From assembly GCA_002633005.1 (NCBI GenBank), contig NMRA01000478.1:188264-252263 (forward strand): a stretch of 64,000 nt of DNA, written 5' to 3'. This document shows, piece after piece, positions 1 through 13,347 of the stretch (its first letter is position 1; each line of letters opens with the position of its first letter). The notes under the pieces are model-generated. The model did no database searches and was not told the DNA's origin. It saw nothing but the letters and a program-made list of their open reading frames with translations. Origin of the DNA: Phoronis australis (Eukaryota; Animalia; Phoronida). A program made the translations under genes and the position numbers.

Positions 1-635
1 GATACACCTCTTTCACTTTAAGTTTTTCCATGTTTCCCTTTACAGATTATACAATCCAAGGTAAAAGATGATATAGAGTTGGTGACAATGGGTGTGACAA
101 TTACAAAGTCAAGCCCGACACTTTCGATGTACATGTGATTGGCGACTTTGTAAGAACAATTCTTGTCGTAAATATACCATTGCACATATTGGTGGTTTCC
201 TCAGAAGAGAGGCAGGAAGAAGCTTTGAAGGCAGAAGTATGCGAACAAAGGTGACGTGAGTTTGCGTGATAAACTTTATCGTCAGGTAGCAGTTAATAAA
301 ACGTGAATTAAATTGATATGTATCATATCATTTGCTCAAATTGTCCATATAATTTTCTGCGGTCTGTTTCTAAATTTGTGTAGCAATTGTCCTTGTAGTG
401 TTGTACAGCACAACAGAATACAAATGTACTTTAAATGTTATCGTTGCATTTTCCAGATCTATGAACGTCACAACCATTACGATATCCCATTAACTTAGCT
501 GATGTTAAACAACATACATGTAATGCAAAGTACACCGTATATTTGCATACAGAGAGGTGCTATTCGAACCAAAAATGGCATTAGTAAAATACCTGTAGCA
601 GTCTTATCATATTCAGAGCACTGGTAGGCATGTTA

Positions 636-954
636 CTACTGTGACTGTGTCATGCGAATCAGTACAATGTTGTGTCCCTCAGTCCTTTTTTGCTTTTTCC
701 TGAGTGGAATCTCATGGGTTGCAACAATACCTCTGACCTCTCTCTGCAGTTTCTTTGTCAGTACGGCATGTGGAAAATTTACTGATGTCAGCTTTCTACT
801 TGATATGTACTTGTATTGGCTATAAAAAGTTTCAAAAGCACTACCCTTCAACTGCAGTGGAGAAATGTAGTACCCTGGATGTCTGGTGTGAAAATCCTGG
901 CGCAAGGCTTTGAATGAGAATACACAAATTTGTTGAAGAATGTACATGTAGGTC
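636..954 (-). pseudogene. C-terminal exon of a P-element-related DDE transposase
   Basis: After a tttcag acceptor: TYMYILQQICVFSFKALRQDFHTRHPGYYISPLQLKGSAFETFYSQYKY...LTSVNF. This resembles the TWDLLR...P.Y.I.PLR..GSA.E..FSQ.K motif carrying the presumed catalytic Glu. Confidence 0.55.
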
Positions 955-3005
955 TGAAAGGAAACAATGAAAACACTCTTATATTTGTTGTTGCATTATG
1001 CAACTTCCAGCAGCGTCCTCAAATTGGACTTAACACAGGCTGAAGTGTGCATAACTTCCCGATGCTTTACATATGTAGCAGTAATTGTAGCTATCACCTG
1101 GAATTCAAAAAAGGCAAGGTTGCCTGTACGCAATTTAAGGTAAAACAGTAGCTTGTACATTAGCAATTTTCACTTGTGGAATGGTTTTTTGTTTTCTGAG
1201 GTAATGTATATCTGAATTTGTGAGTAATTCCTAATCTCTGTGATTCCTAGGCCAAATTACTGAGAAACATTGTGCATATGAAGTTGCTTGAAAATTGTCT
1301 TATGTTTTTAAGAACAAGTTTTGTAGCGAAAATGATCCGCCATATTCAGTGAGTATCGTGACGTGCTATTTGAGCCCGCGAGGTATGTCATTAGTGCAAA
1401 GGTCACCTATCTGCATTTTTTTTTGTTTTCACATTTACAAGGTGTCAGTGAATACAGCTGCACTTTGTTGATATTCAAAAGGCATTGTTGTATAGTTCCT
1501 GTAATGCATTAGCACAGTTAGTTACATCTTTAAGAGGTTTAAGAAAATTTTGCGACCAGGATATTCGTCAGAAGAAATGAGCACTAGTGTGCCTCCATGA
1601 ACCCTTTTCAATAAGCCATCCATTACTTATAATGTAAACTGAAGTATACCATGATAGGAATAAAGTGACTCGTTTCAAAACCTGACTCAAAGGGGTGCTT
1701 GAATTCAATACCAGAGAGACTTACAGAATGAATACCCAAAAGGATACCCACTGAAGAAACATTATTTATATGTTACTCTATGAGCACGCTGATTGGGTAC
1801 AGCAAAAATAGGTCAAACTTTCAAAAGGCCACAGACAACACTGCTTTTTCACATGCTCATGCGAGGTAGGACGACATATTCGTAAATTACTGTCAAGAGC
1901 CTCTTTGCTGAATGTTGCTGTTTTTAGTTGATGTAAGCGCTCTGAAGATGTCGCGAGCGGCCTTATGAGCATGCGCATTAGACAAAACTGATATGAGGCC
2001 TTTTTGCTTTTCGCTTTGTCGTGAATGTCGACGATTGAACAAGGAAGATCTGGAGGTATTTATGATATTTATTGGTTTTGATGTCAACAAATGGAAGCAA
2101 TGAACGTGTTGCTGTCGCAGATAAAATGTTTGAATTAAATTACTCTCAGATTTTACGTGCTTGGGTTATTCCGGAAGTGGCCGGCAGACGGCCATATTGA
2201 ATGTCAGTTGTGTACCTTTCTCTTTATTATGTTATATTGTAGAGGGCTACTTAAAGGTGCCTGTGATCTGTCTCACAAGACTGTCAGAAAACTAATGCAG
2301 CGGCTGTGCACCACACCCATGGTTAATCTGAGTACATCTCCATAACAATGATTCGAAGACAATAGCTCATTGAAAATGTAAGAGCACATGTGTCACTCTA
2401 CAGGAAGTAGAGAAGACACCTGGTGGCCACACTACAAACTACATAAACAAAACAAACCCTGGCTTAGTGAACTAACAGGTATGACTTGAAAAAGATATTT
2501 CAGAGTCGAGCACTAGTGGATAAACCGGTGACCTGCCGCTGAGAGCACGCGCTGATTTTAAAAGATACCACAGCGAACACTCATCGCTTCGCAATCAGGA
2601 GGTGAACACACTCCCATTACCGCAGTTTTAAATTCCAGCCAAACAAACCCTATTTCGAGGGGCGGACTTTGAATTGTCTTCATCCCCTGACAGTGGGTTG
2701 CAGAGAAATTTAGAACGAGGTCAAGATCAAACTTTTTCTGAGGCTAGCTATGGTGTTGACAAAAGTTTGAAGTGTCATAACCATAGACTGAGCGCGCGAG
2801 AGGTCTATGATTCCTGTTCTAATTCAGTTGACGAAAAAATTGCTTTCGGCATAAAGAACGACCGTGGGAAATTCTTTTTGAGATGGACACCTGTATCCAA
2901 GAATAAACATTAATATGGACAGCACACAAACGCAATAGCTTGAATGCTTCTAATTGTGTCTATAGATATTATAATACCATGCATTTTCATTAATTTATTA
3001 CTCAC

Positions 3006-3857
3006 GGTTTCGCTCCTGGTCTTCAAAGAAAGCAATCTTTAAAGCTTCCTTTCTCTCCGTGTACTCCTCGATATCCTTCCCTTCGCACTCATCTATGACT
3101 TCAATCAGCTTCTCAACGGAAAATTTAACGTCTTTAATAAACGATAGCTCAACACTGGGTTTCCTCAAGCTCAACTGTCAAATCATTGCTACTTGTACTC
3201 TGTAATATCTCACCCTCCGCGTTTCGTTTCTTTGACTTTGTTTGAGGTTGCGTCAAGTGAGAGAAGTTGCACCGGATAATTGGAATTGGTTGCAGTACTT
3301 TCCTTTAGAGTGGCCCCACTGCCGTTTTCTTGGCAAGTCACCTTGCCTGCCTAAATTTCTCTGGGCATTGAAGACATCGGCCTTCCGCGGTAATCAACCT
3401 TTTATCTGCTATAGAAATGTTAGGCCTAATTTTCTACCATTTTAGCACAATTTGTGGCTCTCAAGCATATCCCGTGCCTGCTGTAAGTCTAACGTTAGAT
3501 ATTTCGGCAAAAATCGCACACAGCTACAGTTAGCACTGTCATAATCATATTTCTTAATTCCGCCACAGTATGCATACTTGGAACTTAGGTTTGCTAGGTG
3601 TTCTCCCAAATTAATCCACAATAGTTTTTCATTATTAATGCCTCATTTCCTTGCCAAGTACAGTTCCGTCCACATAAAACGTTTCTTTGCCATTCTTCAA
3701 AATTCGTGTATTTTGCGCTTGCTTCAAAGGACCCGCAGTAGCCGCGGCTGGAATATCGGCATCTTCACGACTAATCCTACAGCTAACTCCTGTTGAAATA
3801 CTTCATACTCAAAATTCTTGTCTGCAGGTGCTGATAATTGCCTTCAATAGTTTTCAT
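3006..3857 (-). pseudogene. N-terminal exon of a P-element-related transposase (degenerate)
   Basis: Frameshifted reading MKTIEGNYQHLQ...AYCGGIKKY...SNYPVQLLS...ETRRVRYY...DLTVELEETQ...KEALKIAFFEDQERN, ending at a GTGAGT donor (3000-3005). Homologous ORFs at 23079-23700 (+). The pattern LSP-x-R-x-N...FFxDQxRN is recalled from an uncharacterised invertebrate P-like transposase family. Confidence 0.55.
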
Positions 3858-5929
3858 AAGAGACTAGAAATCCCAGTTATCACACACGCCCACTGGCCTG
3901 CTGCTGCTTTCCATTTTCACTGCATGAGAGCCTTTTCCCGTTCAGTGACTTAAGCAGTCCTTGAAGGGGGCCATTGATGACATTTAAGTGACCACCTTTT
4001 TCGTGTTTTTATTGACAAATTATTAAAGCAGCAGCTAACGCAGAGAGGGCCCAATGTTGGAATTCAGTGATTACCTCTATTTCGGCACAACCGGCTTTCA
4101 TATTGAGGAATGTCACTTCTTGCAGGGTCACTCGACGTATAAAAGAATAAACTGTCACTCTTTCCCAAGCTTAATGATTTTCAGTTTTTCATTCCATTTT
4201 AGACGCGGTGGGGCGGTTCGGGAGAATTGACCTTTTGGTCAATGGGCAGCTCATCATAAGGCGCTAGGGGGAGGGCTGTAGCCCCACTTGTTTCAGTGCT
4301 ACGCTGCATATGGTCTGTAGGCGGTGCGTTACGAGGGGGGGATGAGGGGGCTTTAGCCCCCACTTTTTTCAGTGCTGCACCTTCTATACACCTCCGACAT
4401 GACTCTGCCAACTACTCACGAGGGGAAGTTGAGATTCCCATTTCATCAAAAACACAAACATTCGTGCACAGCACAGAAGCTACCTTATAAGAGATGACGA
4501 TGCGCCACTGAACTTAGTTGAAGGCTGCCGGACTTGGGAAAATTAGACCTATCATCAGACCACCATATCGCAATGAAGTACACTAAACGATAACAGTGAT
4601 AAGCTCATGAATGACGAGCAGCTCTAAATGCTTTATCGAATTAAAAACTAGACTAGGGAAATTTTAAAAAAAAATTAAAAAATTGCAAACGTAGATCGAA
4701 AAAGAAGTTCAAGTCATTGCTCATAAATTTGTAAAGATTGTCTTTGCACTTCTATGATGCTTGTAGCTGCCAGTAGTATTGTGCAATGAATTTTGATTCT
4801 TCTAAACCGAATCGTTTGCTTGCCATTCCCGTGCCTACTGCACAGGCTGGGCACGTCATGACTCAGTGACGCACCCACGTTAAAAATAAGGCGTAGCCAT
4901 GCATTAGGCCGGCGTAGAATCCGGGGCCAGTGATTGACGAGAAATGAACTTGAAGTGCAGGCGTTGAAGTGTGTACATTTTTGGGACACACGTTCATTTT
5001 CCCCAGCCGCCCGGCAGAAGCTGGACAAGTGGCCGTGTTTCAACAAGGAATTTTGATGGCCAAGGACTTCGGGGACCATAGTTTTAAACAAAATCTTCAG
5101 GGAATGACCCTATTAAAATGAACTTTTCCCGAAACTGGGGATCAAAAAACGACCTTTGGAGCCAGAACACGAGTTAAGCCGCACGTCCCAAATCACCACG
5201 GCCAACCCGCGATCGAGAACGCCCGGAAGGCAATCAAGAACGAGACCTTGCACCAAAAATGGCAGACGACAGTCACGTACCCGGTGAGTTTAAGTGTCAT
5301 TTACTGCTTAAATAGAGACCACATCAGAGTGTAACCTTTGTTGTGGATCTCAAATAATACTTGGCTTTTGCTTATCTTTTTAAAATAAAGAGCTCAGACA
5401 GAAAGCAATGGCTTTCGGTAAAATGCTTTGCGCCTCGTAAAATCGACAATTTCTACTTATTAGCAATTCCAGGGTTCTTAAGAAGAGACGTGTGACGTTT
5501 ATAGTTTAATCGTCCCTGATGACACCTTTGTTAGTTAGGATTTGTTAAACAATTTGAGATATTTACCAATACAAGCAGGTCCTTGAGTGAGACGGCGATC
5601 GGGAACAATGTTGTTAATTCTCTACGGCGATCGTGAACGCAAAAAAGCTATCGTGAACGTACACTTTTTTCTCTGCATTGCCCTGAATAGCCGTTCAAGT
5701 TACGGTATTATGTCAATAATTTTAGAATAATACGGAGCCTGAATTACTTGATGGGTGAATTATTAATTACATTTCATCGTTTTTTCATTTTTTCTAAGTG
5801 AGATTTAGTCTAACAAACATAACTGAATTCGTTTGATTTTTTCAGCTGAACTGTAGCCACACGACGAGTCCTTCAGGGTGTTTACATCCACGCCTTCAAA
5901 AAAGAGTAGTACAACTGCTGCATGTCACA

Positions 5930-5934
<5 letters not shown>

Positions 5935-5965
<31 letters not shown>

Positions 5966-5974
5966 CGTGCGTGT

Positions 5975-6013
<39 letters not shown>
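5935..6013. repeat. (GT)n/(GCGT)n microsatellite
   Basis: Directly visible. Confidence 0.97.
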
Positions 6014-6015
<2 letters not shown>

Positions 6016-7846
6016 GTGGAGCTTCGTTCAGGAACTAAGAAATCGACTTAGTATGATCACATGGCAATAAAATACAATGACACTACAACAAAGCAAGACC
6101 TTTACCAGCCCTGTGATTGACGCGTTGCATGCGTCAAGAGTTTTTTTACCAATATAGTAAAACACAGCATGTTGTTAAGTCACTATAGTTTACTCAGATT
6201 TACAAAGTCTGTGGTTGGTAGTTGTCTGATCTGATAGTATTTTGACGCTTTGTATTGAACCTTTTTTCCTCAAGGTTTTTTCTATATTTGTGTTATTTCA
6301 AAAGGATCTTTAACAGAACCAGTACATTTTTGTAGTGTTTAGGTAGATTTAAATGGCCATACTAAGTGTCATGGGGCAATACTTACAGTTGTTCTGGCCA
6401 ATGAGTATTTTAAATGAAAATATATGTCTATGATTATTGTAGAAATTGCTTTCATATTGTTGTTGATTTCCTGTGAGAGACTATTATACTATCAATCAGT
6501 CCTAAATACATTGTCGATGATTCTGTGATGATTTAGTCTAATACATTCCAAAAGTAATTCGTTGGAAATGTTCAATGGATTTGTTTTGTTGATTTCCCTA
6601 TAAATAAATTCATATAATTTTGTAAGACCAATTTTTAGGTAAAAGATAAAAGATTAATATTATAATAGAAATGCTATAATACTGATTTCCTGTGTAAATC
6701 ACTACAGTGTGTAGTTGAAGTGGCGTTAATGACAACATGTTGACTACGTTTTGAGAAAATCACAATATAGTATGTGTATTATAACTCTCAATCTTTTTCA
6801 ATGTCACATTAAACTCGAGATCATTAACTGATGATGCAGGTGAACTTAGGACCAATTGTACAAAACAGAAGAGTCAAACACAAAGTACATTCAAGCCACA
6901 CGGTGCCACAAGACAATCTGTTCATCTCTGTATCATGCTATCAGTAGAACATCAAGTACAATCCCACAAAGTTTGCACAACGTCTGGCCAATAATTTTTT
7001 GATCCCAGACGTTTATGATTGAGAATCTTTGAATCATCTCGTGAAGTGTTGCGGCACTCCCCTCTCTCCTCATGGGCAAGCTCATCATCATCATTTGACT
7101 TCACTGGCTATTTGTTTTTTTTCCTTTTGCTGCCACAATGTTACAAGAAGATTCTACACTCGCTTTCATCTCGGTGCTGCAACAATTTGTTTAGCCATGG
7201 CTGACAGGCCACATGGAACAACTCCTGGGTGACTCTTCAGTTTAGAAACCCTTGTTCTCAGTGGTTTGGTCTAAAAGTAGATGCCTGGCCTGTACTTTTC
7301 AGAACCCTGGTCGGGTGTACCTTCACGTCGTAGGTAACATGTTCGTTGAAGCTCGCCTCACATTAACAGTGAACTTGTTTCCTGAAATGACAGTAAATTC
7401 GTTTGTGAAACTAAACTTATGCTTGATGCACATGTAGTGCTCATGGCAATTTAATGGAAATAATGCTATGTTGTTATTCAGTTTTGATACGAAAGTAACA
7501 CAGTAACGACACAAAATGTGATTAATTCATTGCACCACACTTATTTTGTAACCTTTTTCACGTTTTATAAGTAAAAAGTTCATTACTGTTCGACACACCA
7601 AAATGCGTTCCCGATCGTATAAACAAACACAAATTTGCGTTCCCGGTCGCTTATCGTTGCGTTCTCGATCGCATCTTTCAACAGAAAAGTGTCGAAAAAT
7701 CAGAGATCCTGACAAAACTACAAAAGACAAGCGTTGCGTTATATTTTCACGCGTCATTTCTTCATAACTCCATGGTCAATTTATTGATTTAGTGCCAAAA
7801 CTAACGGCAGTTTGCCAAAATGACATACAAATAACCTTGGGCTTAA

Positions 7847-8818
7847 AAGGGAACTGTATTTTATTCTGAATGAATTCTGGATAGTTTTCTATGAATTGTT
7901 GATTAATTTCACAAATAATTCAACACCAAAAATTAAACTTATGTTCTCTAACGAAGCTCAAAAAATTACCGGCTTGGAGCGCTGCTTAGTCTCGTGACGT
8001 ATTTGGCGGGGGCAAAGTCACTGTCCTGTGTTAGCGTGCAATCAATTAGCGTTTTTTATATTGTCGGAATAAGAAATTTTAGTGTGAAATTTCGGGTCAC
8101 AAGGGATACCTGTTTGAGCCGAGGCAACACAACGTGATACCAAGTCATCGTCATCGTCAGACGAAAATTTGCCGGTGTAACTGGTGTCGGTGACTGTGCC
8201 GAGGGCAATGTGGACTCTAGCCATCCAGTCAGCCAGTTGTCAGCCAATACTCCGGCAGCTCTGTAAACTTGAAGGGTTGGTAAATTACCGACTGTACCTG
8301 TATGAAGACTATCGTACCACTGTGTGTTGAGCTCCGTTAACCCCGAAATTTCAGACAGCCGTTGACTACCCGGGTATAGTTGACTCAGTTATGCTCGTCA
8401 CCTAGTCGTAAAACTTAGGCTACATCAACATATAAAGCTAACGGACCGGCGGGGGCGCATGCAAAATCTGATATAGTCACCCGACACTTCTATTGTTCGT
8501 TGCAGCCGTTTAAGTGGAAAACAATCAAATAAACGTCCTTTGGTAGCATAATTTGCCGCCTTTTTAACAAAGAAGTGTGTCGTCCGTTTCAAGAACAGCA
8601 CGCTCGTGACACGGCGCACGCGCCATTTCATAAAAATTTGAGACGTCTTTCGGGACATCATAACAGGTTCGCNGCCAATCAGCGATCGCTTTCAGAATTC
8701 AGTGTTTTGACCATGAATACGAATTGGCTTTTGTTTGGCACGCAAGTCAGGCAAATGTGAGTTTTATTTGTATGTTAGAACCGATTAACTGCAACATTAT
8801 TTTGACTACAGTCCCCTT
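7847..8818. mobile_element. Kolobok-like MITE nested in the Chapaev element
   Basis: TTAA on both sides and short TIRs aaggg(a/g)actgta. A partial inverted relative lies at about 10645-11085. Confidence 0.65.
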
Positions 8819-9344
8819 TTAAGCGATGCCTCAGTCAACGTAACTTTTCTTCTATAATTGGGAGAGAAACTAGCCTAAACCTCTACCTGCGCTTCCTAAA
8901 TGTGTTACGCCTTGAAGACATGTCTCTGTTTTCACATTGGAAGTATAAACAACGAAAATTCATCAAATTTACTAGTCACCTTGCCTGGCTTCGCTTCTGG
9001 CGCCAAATTTTGTTCTCGATCGCTTTCCGGTCGTTCTCGATCGCGGGTTGGCCGGGGTGAAATGAATGATAGTGGAGCTGACCAGCGACTAGCACTAGTT
9101 CATCTAATTGCACGTGCATGGATCGGACTTCCCGGGGACCGCCACGACACCGGCCACCGTGGCTTTGGACAAACGCTACTGAATTTCTCCTTCTAAATCT
9201 GGATTTAAGCAAAATACACATGCAAGCGTATCCAAATACAATTAAATGTATTTTCATGTGAAACCATTGACTTTGGTGAGTTCTTAGTTTTCTTGTAATG
9301 AGATCTACCCGATCAGGTAGAACTGCGTTTCAAGTCATACACTA

Positions 9345-10299
9345 CATAGGCGGATTTAGGGGGGGGGGGGAGCCCTCCCCNCCCCCCTTGGCTGCCGCAA
9401 AAAATAAAACAGTAAGAGCGTAGGGAAATGGTGAATTTATTAATTAACCCCGGTAATTAAAATTATACGAATGAAAAAAGATTTAAATGTGTGCAGTGTT
9501 AAATTCGGAACACGGCGCATTCGTAACGGAACTGTGGCTAAGTATAGGCTCTCCCGCGATATCCCAGGCGACCGGCAGTGGCGCTGCGCACTACGACTTC
9601 GTTTTCGTCGTCTGCTCCACTGTGCAATGAAGAAAATTTACTTCATTTTTGAAGAGAATGGAACCTGAGTGACGATGAAAAAACAAAAGCTGCTGGTAAG
9701 ATGTGAATTTTAATCGAAGCCTTAGTGAATCACTCAGAAACTCGCAATACTCTCTTTGTCAAACCTTGTCTTAAGACGATTTCCAAAGCAATCCCGTCAT
9801 TATTGCCAACACGAAAAACGGATTTGGTCTTTTGGGCATTTGAAGACTATTTTAAATACGACAAATTTGTTAAGAATCGATGGCTCAAAATATAAAACGT
9901 GTAATAAGCATTACGAAAAGAACTAGGTTTCGCGCGCAAACGCTGTGGACCATAAACAAGTAGGTCTTTTAGTATAAGATTAGTAGTAAAATCGTGGTGG
10001 TGTAGTGGTAACGCACGCACTCTCTATCCGACAGGTCTTGAGTTCGAGTCTTTGGTACGTTGAGTTTTTCCTGTTTGACACGTTCTCCGTGTTTTTTTTT
10101 TCTTGGATAATACTTCAGGAATCAAGGAAAATGCTTGATTTTTAGAGGTAAAAACAGAAAAATTTCCTGGGCAAACCCCCCTCCCGACCTCCCCCCATTC
10201 GGTGCTATGCGCATCTACAGTCGTGGTTCAGTTTGCGCAAATGCTTACAGCCGGACAAAACGTTGGGCCCCCCCTTGTGATATCCTAGATCCGCCACTG
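9345..10299 (+). mobile_element. Non-autonomous hAT-like element of about 950 bp with 5-bp TSD, copy 1
   Basis: Ends cataggcggattt...agatccgccactg; TSD CACTA, with the empty site at about 19080 (reverse complement). Carries a tRNA-like A/B-box segment. Confidence 0.88.
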
Positions 10300-13132
10300 C
10301 ACTATAAGCACCTGACGATTCAAATTGGAAGCTCGCGTCGTATGACGTAGGCGATGCGAGCCTCATTTGCATATGTTAGTGACATCTGTTGGTTCATAAA
10401 ACAGGATCATGCTCGAGTACATGCCTGGGAAGAGGCATCTTTTGGAAGGGTAAAGCATGTCCCTTCAAAGCATCCCAGTGCCAGTAATATGCAGTCTTTG
10501 AGGACCAAAGTGGTGCCATTTTATAGCTAAAGAGTTAATCATTCAAACATAATGCTTGGATTCCAGATAACTTGAACATTTACTTTTGAAATCACGTTAA
10601 AATGCGCTAAAACAGTTGTCCCTTTCTGGTTATCTCTTCCTGGTTTTACGACCAGGTGACGAGCAGAACTACCCGGGCTACGTGAAATTTCGGAGTCTAA
10701 CGGTGCTCAACACACGGTGCTACTGGTACCATAGCTGTATTTTGAAGATAGTCTTCATGCAGCTAGCTGGATGGCTAAGCCCCGGGATAAATCAACGCCA
10801 CAGGAAAGAAAAACGAAAAAGGTTGTGAGTGTGCACATGTTGATCTGTCGACTGGACTATGTACTTGCACGGCTAATGGCCTATATCTCTTTGTGCTGTA
10901 CAGACTCAGTGACGGCACTAAAAACAGCGCTTGCAGTGGGACTTTACGGAACTAATAAATTTTTACTTTTCAAAGTAAAAAAGAAAAATACCGTGCACTA
11001 TTTAAGAATATGTGGATGCCAGTAACCAATCTTTATACTTTCAAAATCTGTATCAAAATGCTGGAACATGTAGTTCAGGCCTCTTTTAAGGCACTCTTAG
11101 GTTCAGACTGAATGAATGTTTTTTTTAAACGAAAAATAGCATCCTTCACTCAACAAGCAATGGCAATTAGAACCGAAATTATGAGTATTTGATGAATTGG
11201 CGAGAGCATGGTGTTTGTATATTAATGTAATGGACTTTAGGTCCATGGCCATATGAGTTTTGAAATAAACGTTGTTTCAATACAAATCGTAAGGGAATGC
11301 ATTGTCTGCACGGCAGGTGGTCGGGGTGAGTGGAGCATAATTTCTCAATACAAGTAAAGGACGAGGTTAATTGTTCGTGAGAAAGGAATGTGGTTGGTGA
11401 GAAATGAGATGCGATCATTGAGAAAACTAAGTGCGAATGGTGAGAATAGTACTTCAGCTCGTCATAGAAGTTCCTTACAAATGGACGCACTCTCTGAATG
11501 AGGATACGCACTAATTTTCCAGTTGCACCTACCCACCGTGAAACTTACTGCAGTCTACCTGTCACCAATAAGTCCGTCAATGAGCTGCTCTCGTTGAAAA
11601 CAGTCGAAACTAAGTGACTGGCATGTCGCGGTTTATCAGTTATTTTAATTTGTAAGGATTAAGCTCCCAGTTCTACGCGACAACCTTATCGATAAATCAC
11701 AATAGACACGACAGACATTTACGCTAAGAGAAAATAAGCCAAATGATTAAGTGAGATACCAAAGGTTGAAAACTGTCACGGAAATGCTAGATAACAATAT
11801 TTTTATCAAAACTAACGTAATCGACCAGTTCGCAGAGCCCAGGTGAGTCACTGTTCATCAATGTTTGTATATGAAACAGGTAGGCCTTCCCAACAAGTCA
11901 CCGCTCAAGAATAGTGACTGGTGTGAGACCTCAACAGACAGACAGCAACAGGTATTTAAAGAAAACCTTATCAAACGGCTCTTAAACCGCCTTCTATCAC
12001 AAAAATCAACTTCTGAAACCAAATTCAAAATTTGTTCCCCAGTAATTGTGTTCCTGGTAATTGAAATTGGAGGTGCAGGGAATTCCATATGGCTGTGAAA
12101 ATCTAGAAGTTCGTTATTGCTTGAGTTTAGGCTCTACATGTTGGCTCGTCACAGCTTGTCCTTTTATTCATCTAGCATGGCCTCAAGGAATAGCAAACCG
12201 TCAGTTCTTTGCACACTCAGAAAAGCTTCTCACCTGAGTGAGGAACGAATTCAGACTAGTTATAAATCGGTAAGAGCTGTAAATCAAACGACTGCTTCTT
12301 GGACAGAATGTGGGTTTGTGAGCCAAGGAAAGAGAATAATCGAATATAACTTGTAATTCCGGTGACTGCTGCATTCAAACGACAGCGAGTTACCATGGTT
12401 TCTTCATTGCGTGAACTTCGCTCATTCAACGCGGATTCTTAAATATTCTACCCGCCACCCAACTCACCAATTAATAATGCACAGCCTATTTTAAATTGTT
12501 TTGTCCGAATTTTCCAAAACATTTGCCCGAACTTACGTGATTGGTACCCTGACGTGCGCCTGGTGACTTTAAATAATAATAGTATAAATCACTGATGTAA
12601 TGACTGCAATCTGCTGTGTCCGGAAGTCACCATTTGAATGATATAATCAATTATACAGTGGCGTTCAGGTATCTGGGGCCCGGTCTCCAATCTCCGTACT
12701 CAGACTCGAATCATACTCAAACTCACACTTCATACTCAACTCGAGTACAGACTTATTCAATGTCATACTCAAAATAATCTGTACTCGAGATTTCGAGCAC
12801 ATACTCAATTTTCGAGTATACTCGAACTGAAGTGTATCTCATCTATATTTCGAGTACGATTTTGAGTAAAATTCTGAGTATATGCTCCATATTTCAAGTT
12901 TGGTCTGGCAGTGTGCTTGAAATCGTACTCGAAAGTGAATACGAGCGGGTGAAAAAATATCGAAAGGCCATCGAGAGATATAGCAAATCTAAAAAAATAA
13001 GTCCTCTTACCACATTTCAGCGCTTTAATTTCAGTTCAGAGATAATAGTTTTCATTTTAAATCTTTTTATTCTTCACCTTATGAACCCTCCGTCTGAGCA
13101 CAGATTATAGCTCAAGAAATTGTCCGCTAAGA

Positions 13133-13347
13133 ATGGGGAAACGGTGTTGATATGGCGTGTGTAGCGCCGACAGTCGTTATGCTGTTCCAGAATAATATCC
13201 CGTCATTTTTGGCATGTCCTAAGCCGAAAAATGATGTTGAAAAGCGTAAACTATGGATCAAACTGTACGGCCACACGAGCAGCTGAACTTAGCGATGTTG
13301 CTTGATAACTCGATGGCTATAATAAACACAAATATATTAGTTCCAAG
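13133..13347 (+). pseudogene. THAP zinc-finger relic (ISL2EU/Harbinger-type)
   Basis: MGKRC*YGVCSADSRY...CPKPKNDVEKRKLWIKLYG..HEQLN...NKHKYISSK, with stops and frameshifts. Confidence 0.65.

Larger units (their letters stand above)
5194..9059. mobile_element. Chapaev-type (CMC) DNA transposon, non-autonomous or degenerate
   Basis: About 50-bp TIRs cacc(a/c)cggccaacccgcgatcgagaac and a 4-bp TSD AAAT, confirmed by the empty site at about 21540 (reverse complement ctcaaatgaatc). Subterminal gatcg(a/g/t)gaac repeats. CAC termini with a 4-bp TSD fit Chapaev. Confidence 0.8.
636..10644 (-). mobile_element. Second, longer copy of the ACCAGG element (inverted); its other end is not found and probably lies left of the window
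   Basis: TIR at 10615-10644 (gttgtccctttctggttatctcttcctggt). Reverse-complement homology to 18738-24110 runs down to about 2505. The left boundary is inferred from the transposase-like exon at 636-954. Confidence 0.6.

Noticed and set aside
9993-10058. Functional tRNA gene
   Set aside because: A and B boxes are present, but there is no convincing acceptor or anticodon stem, the copies diverge, and all lie inside a MITE.
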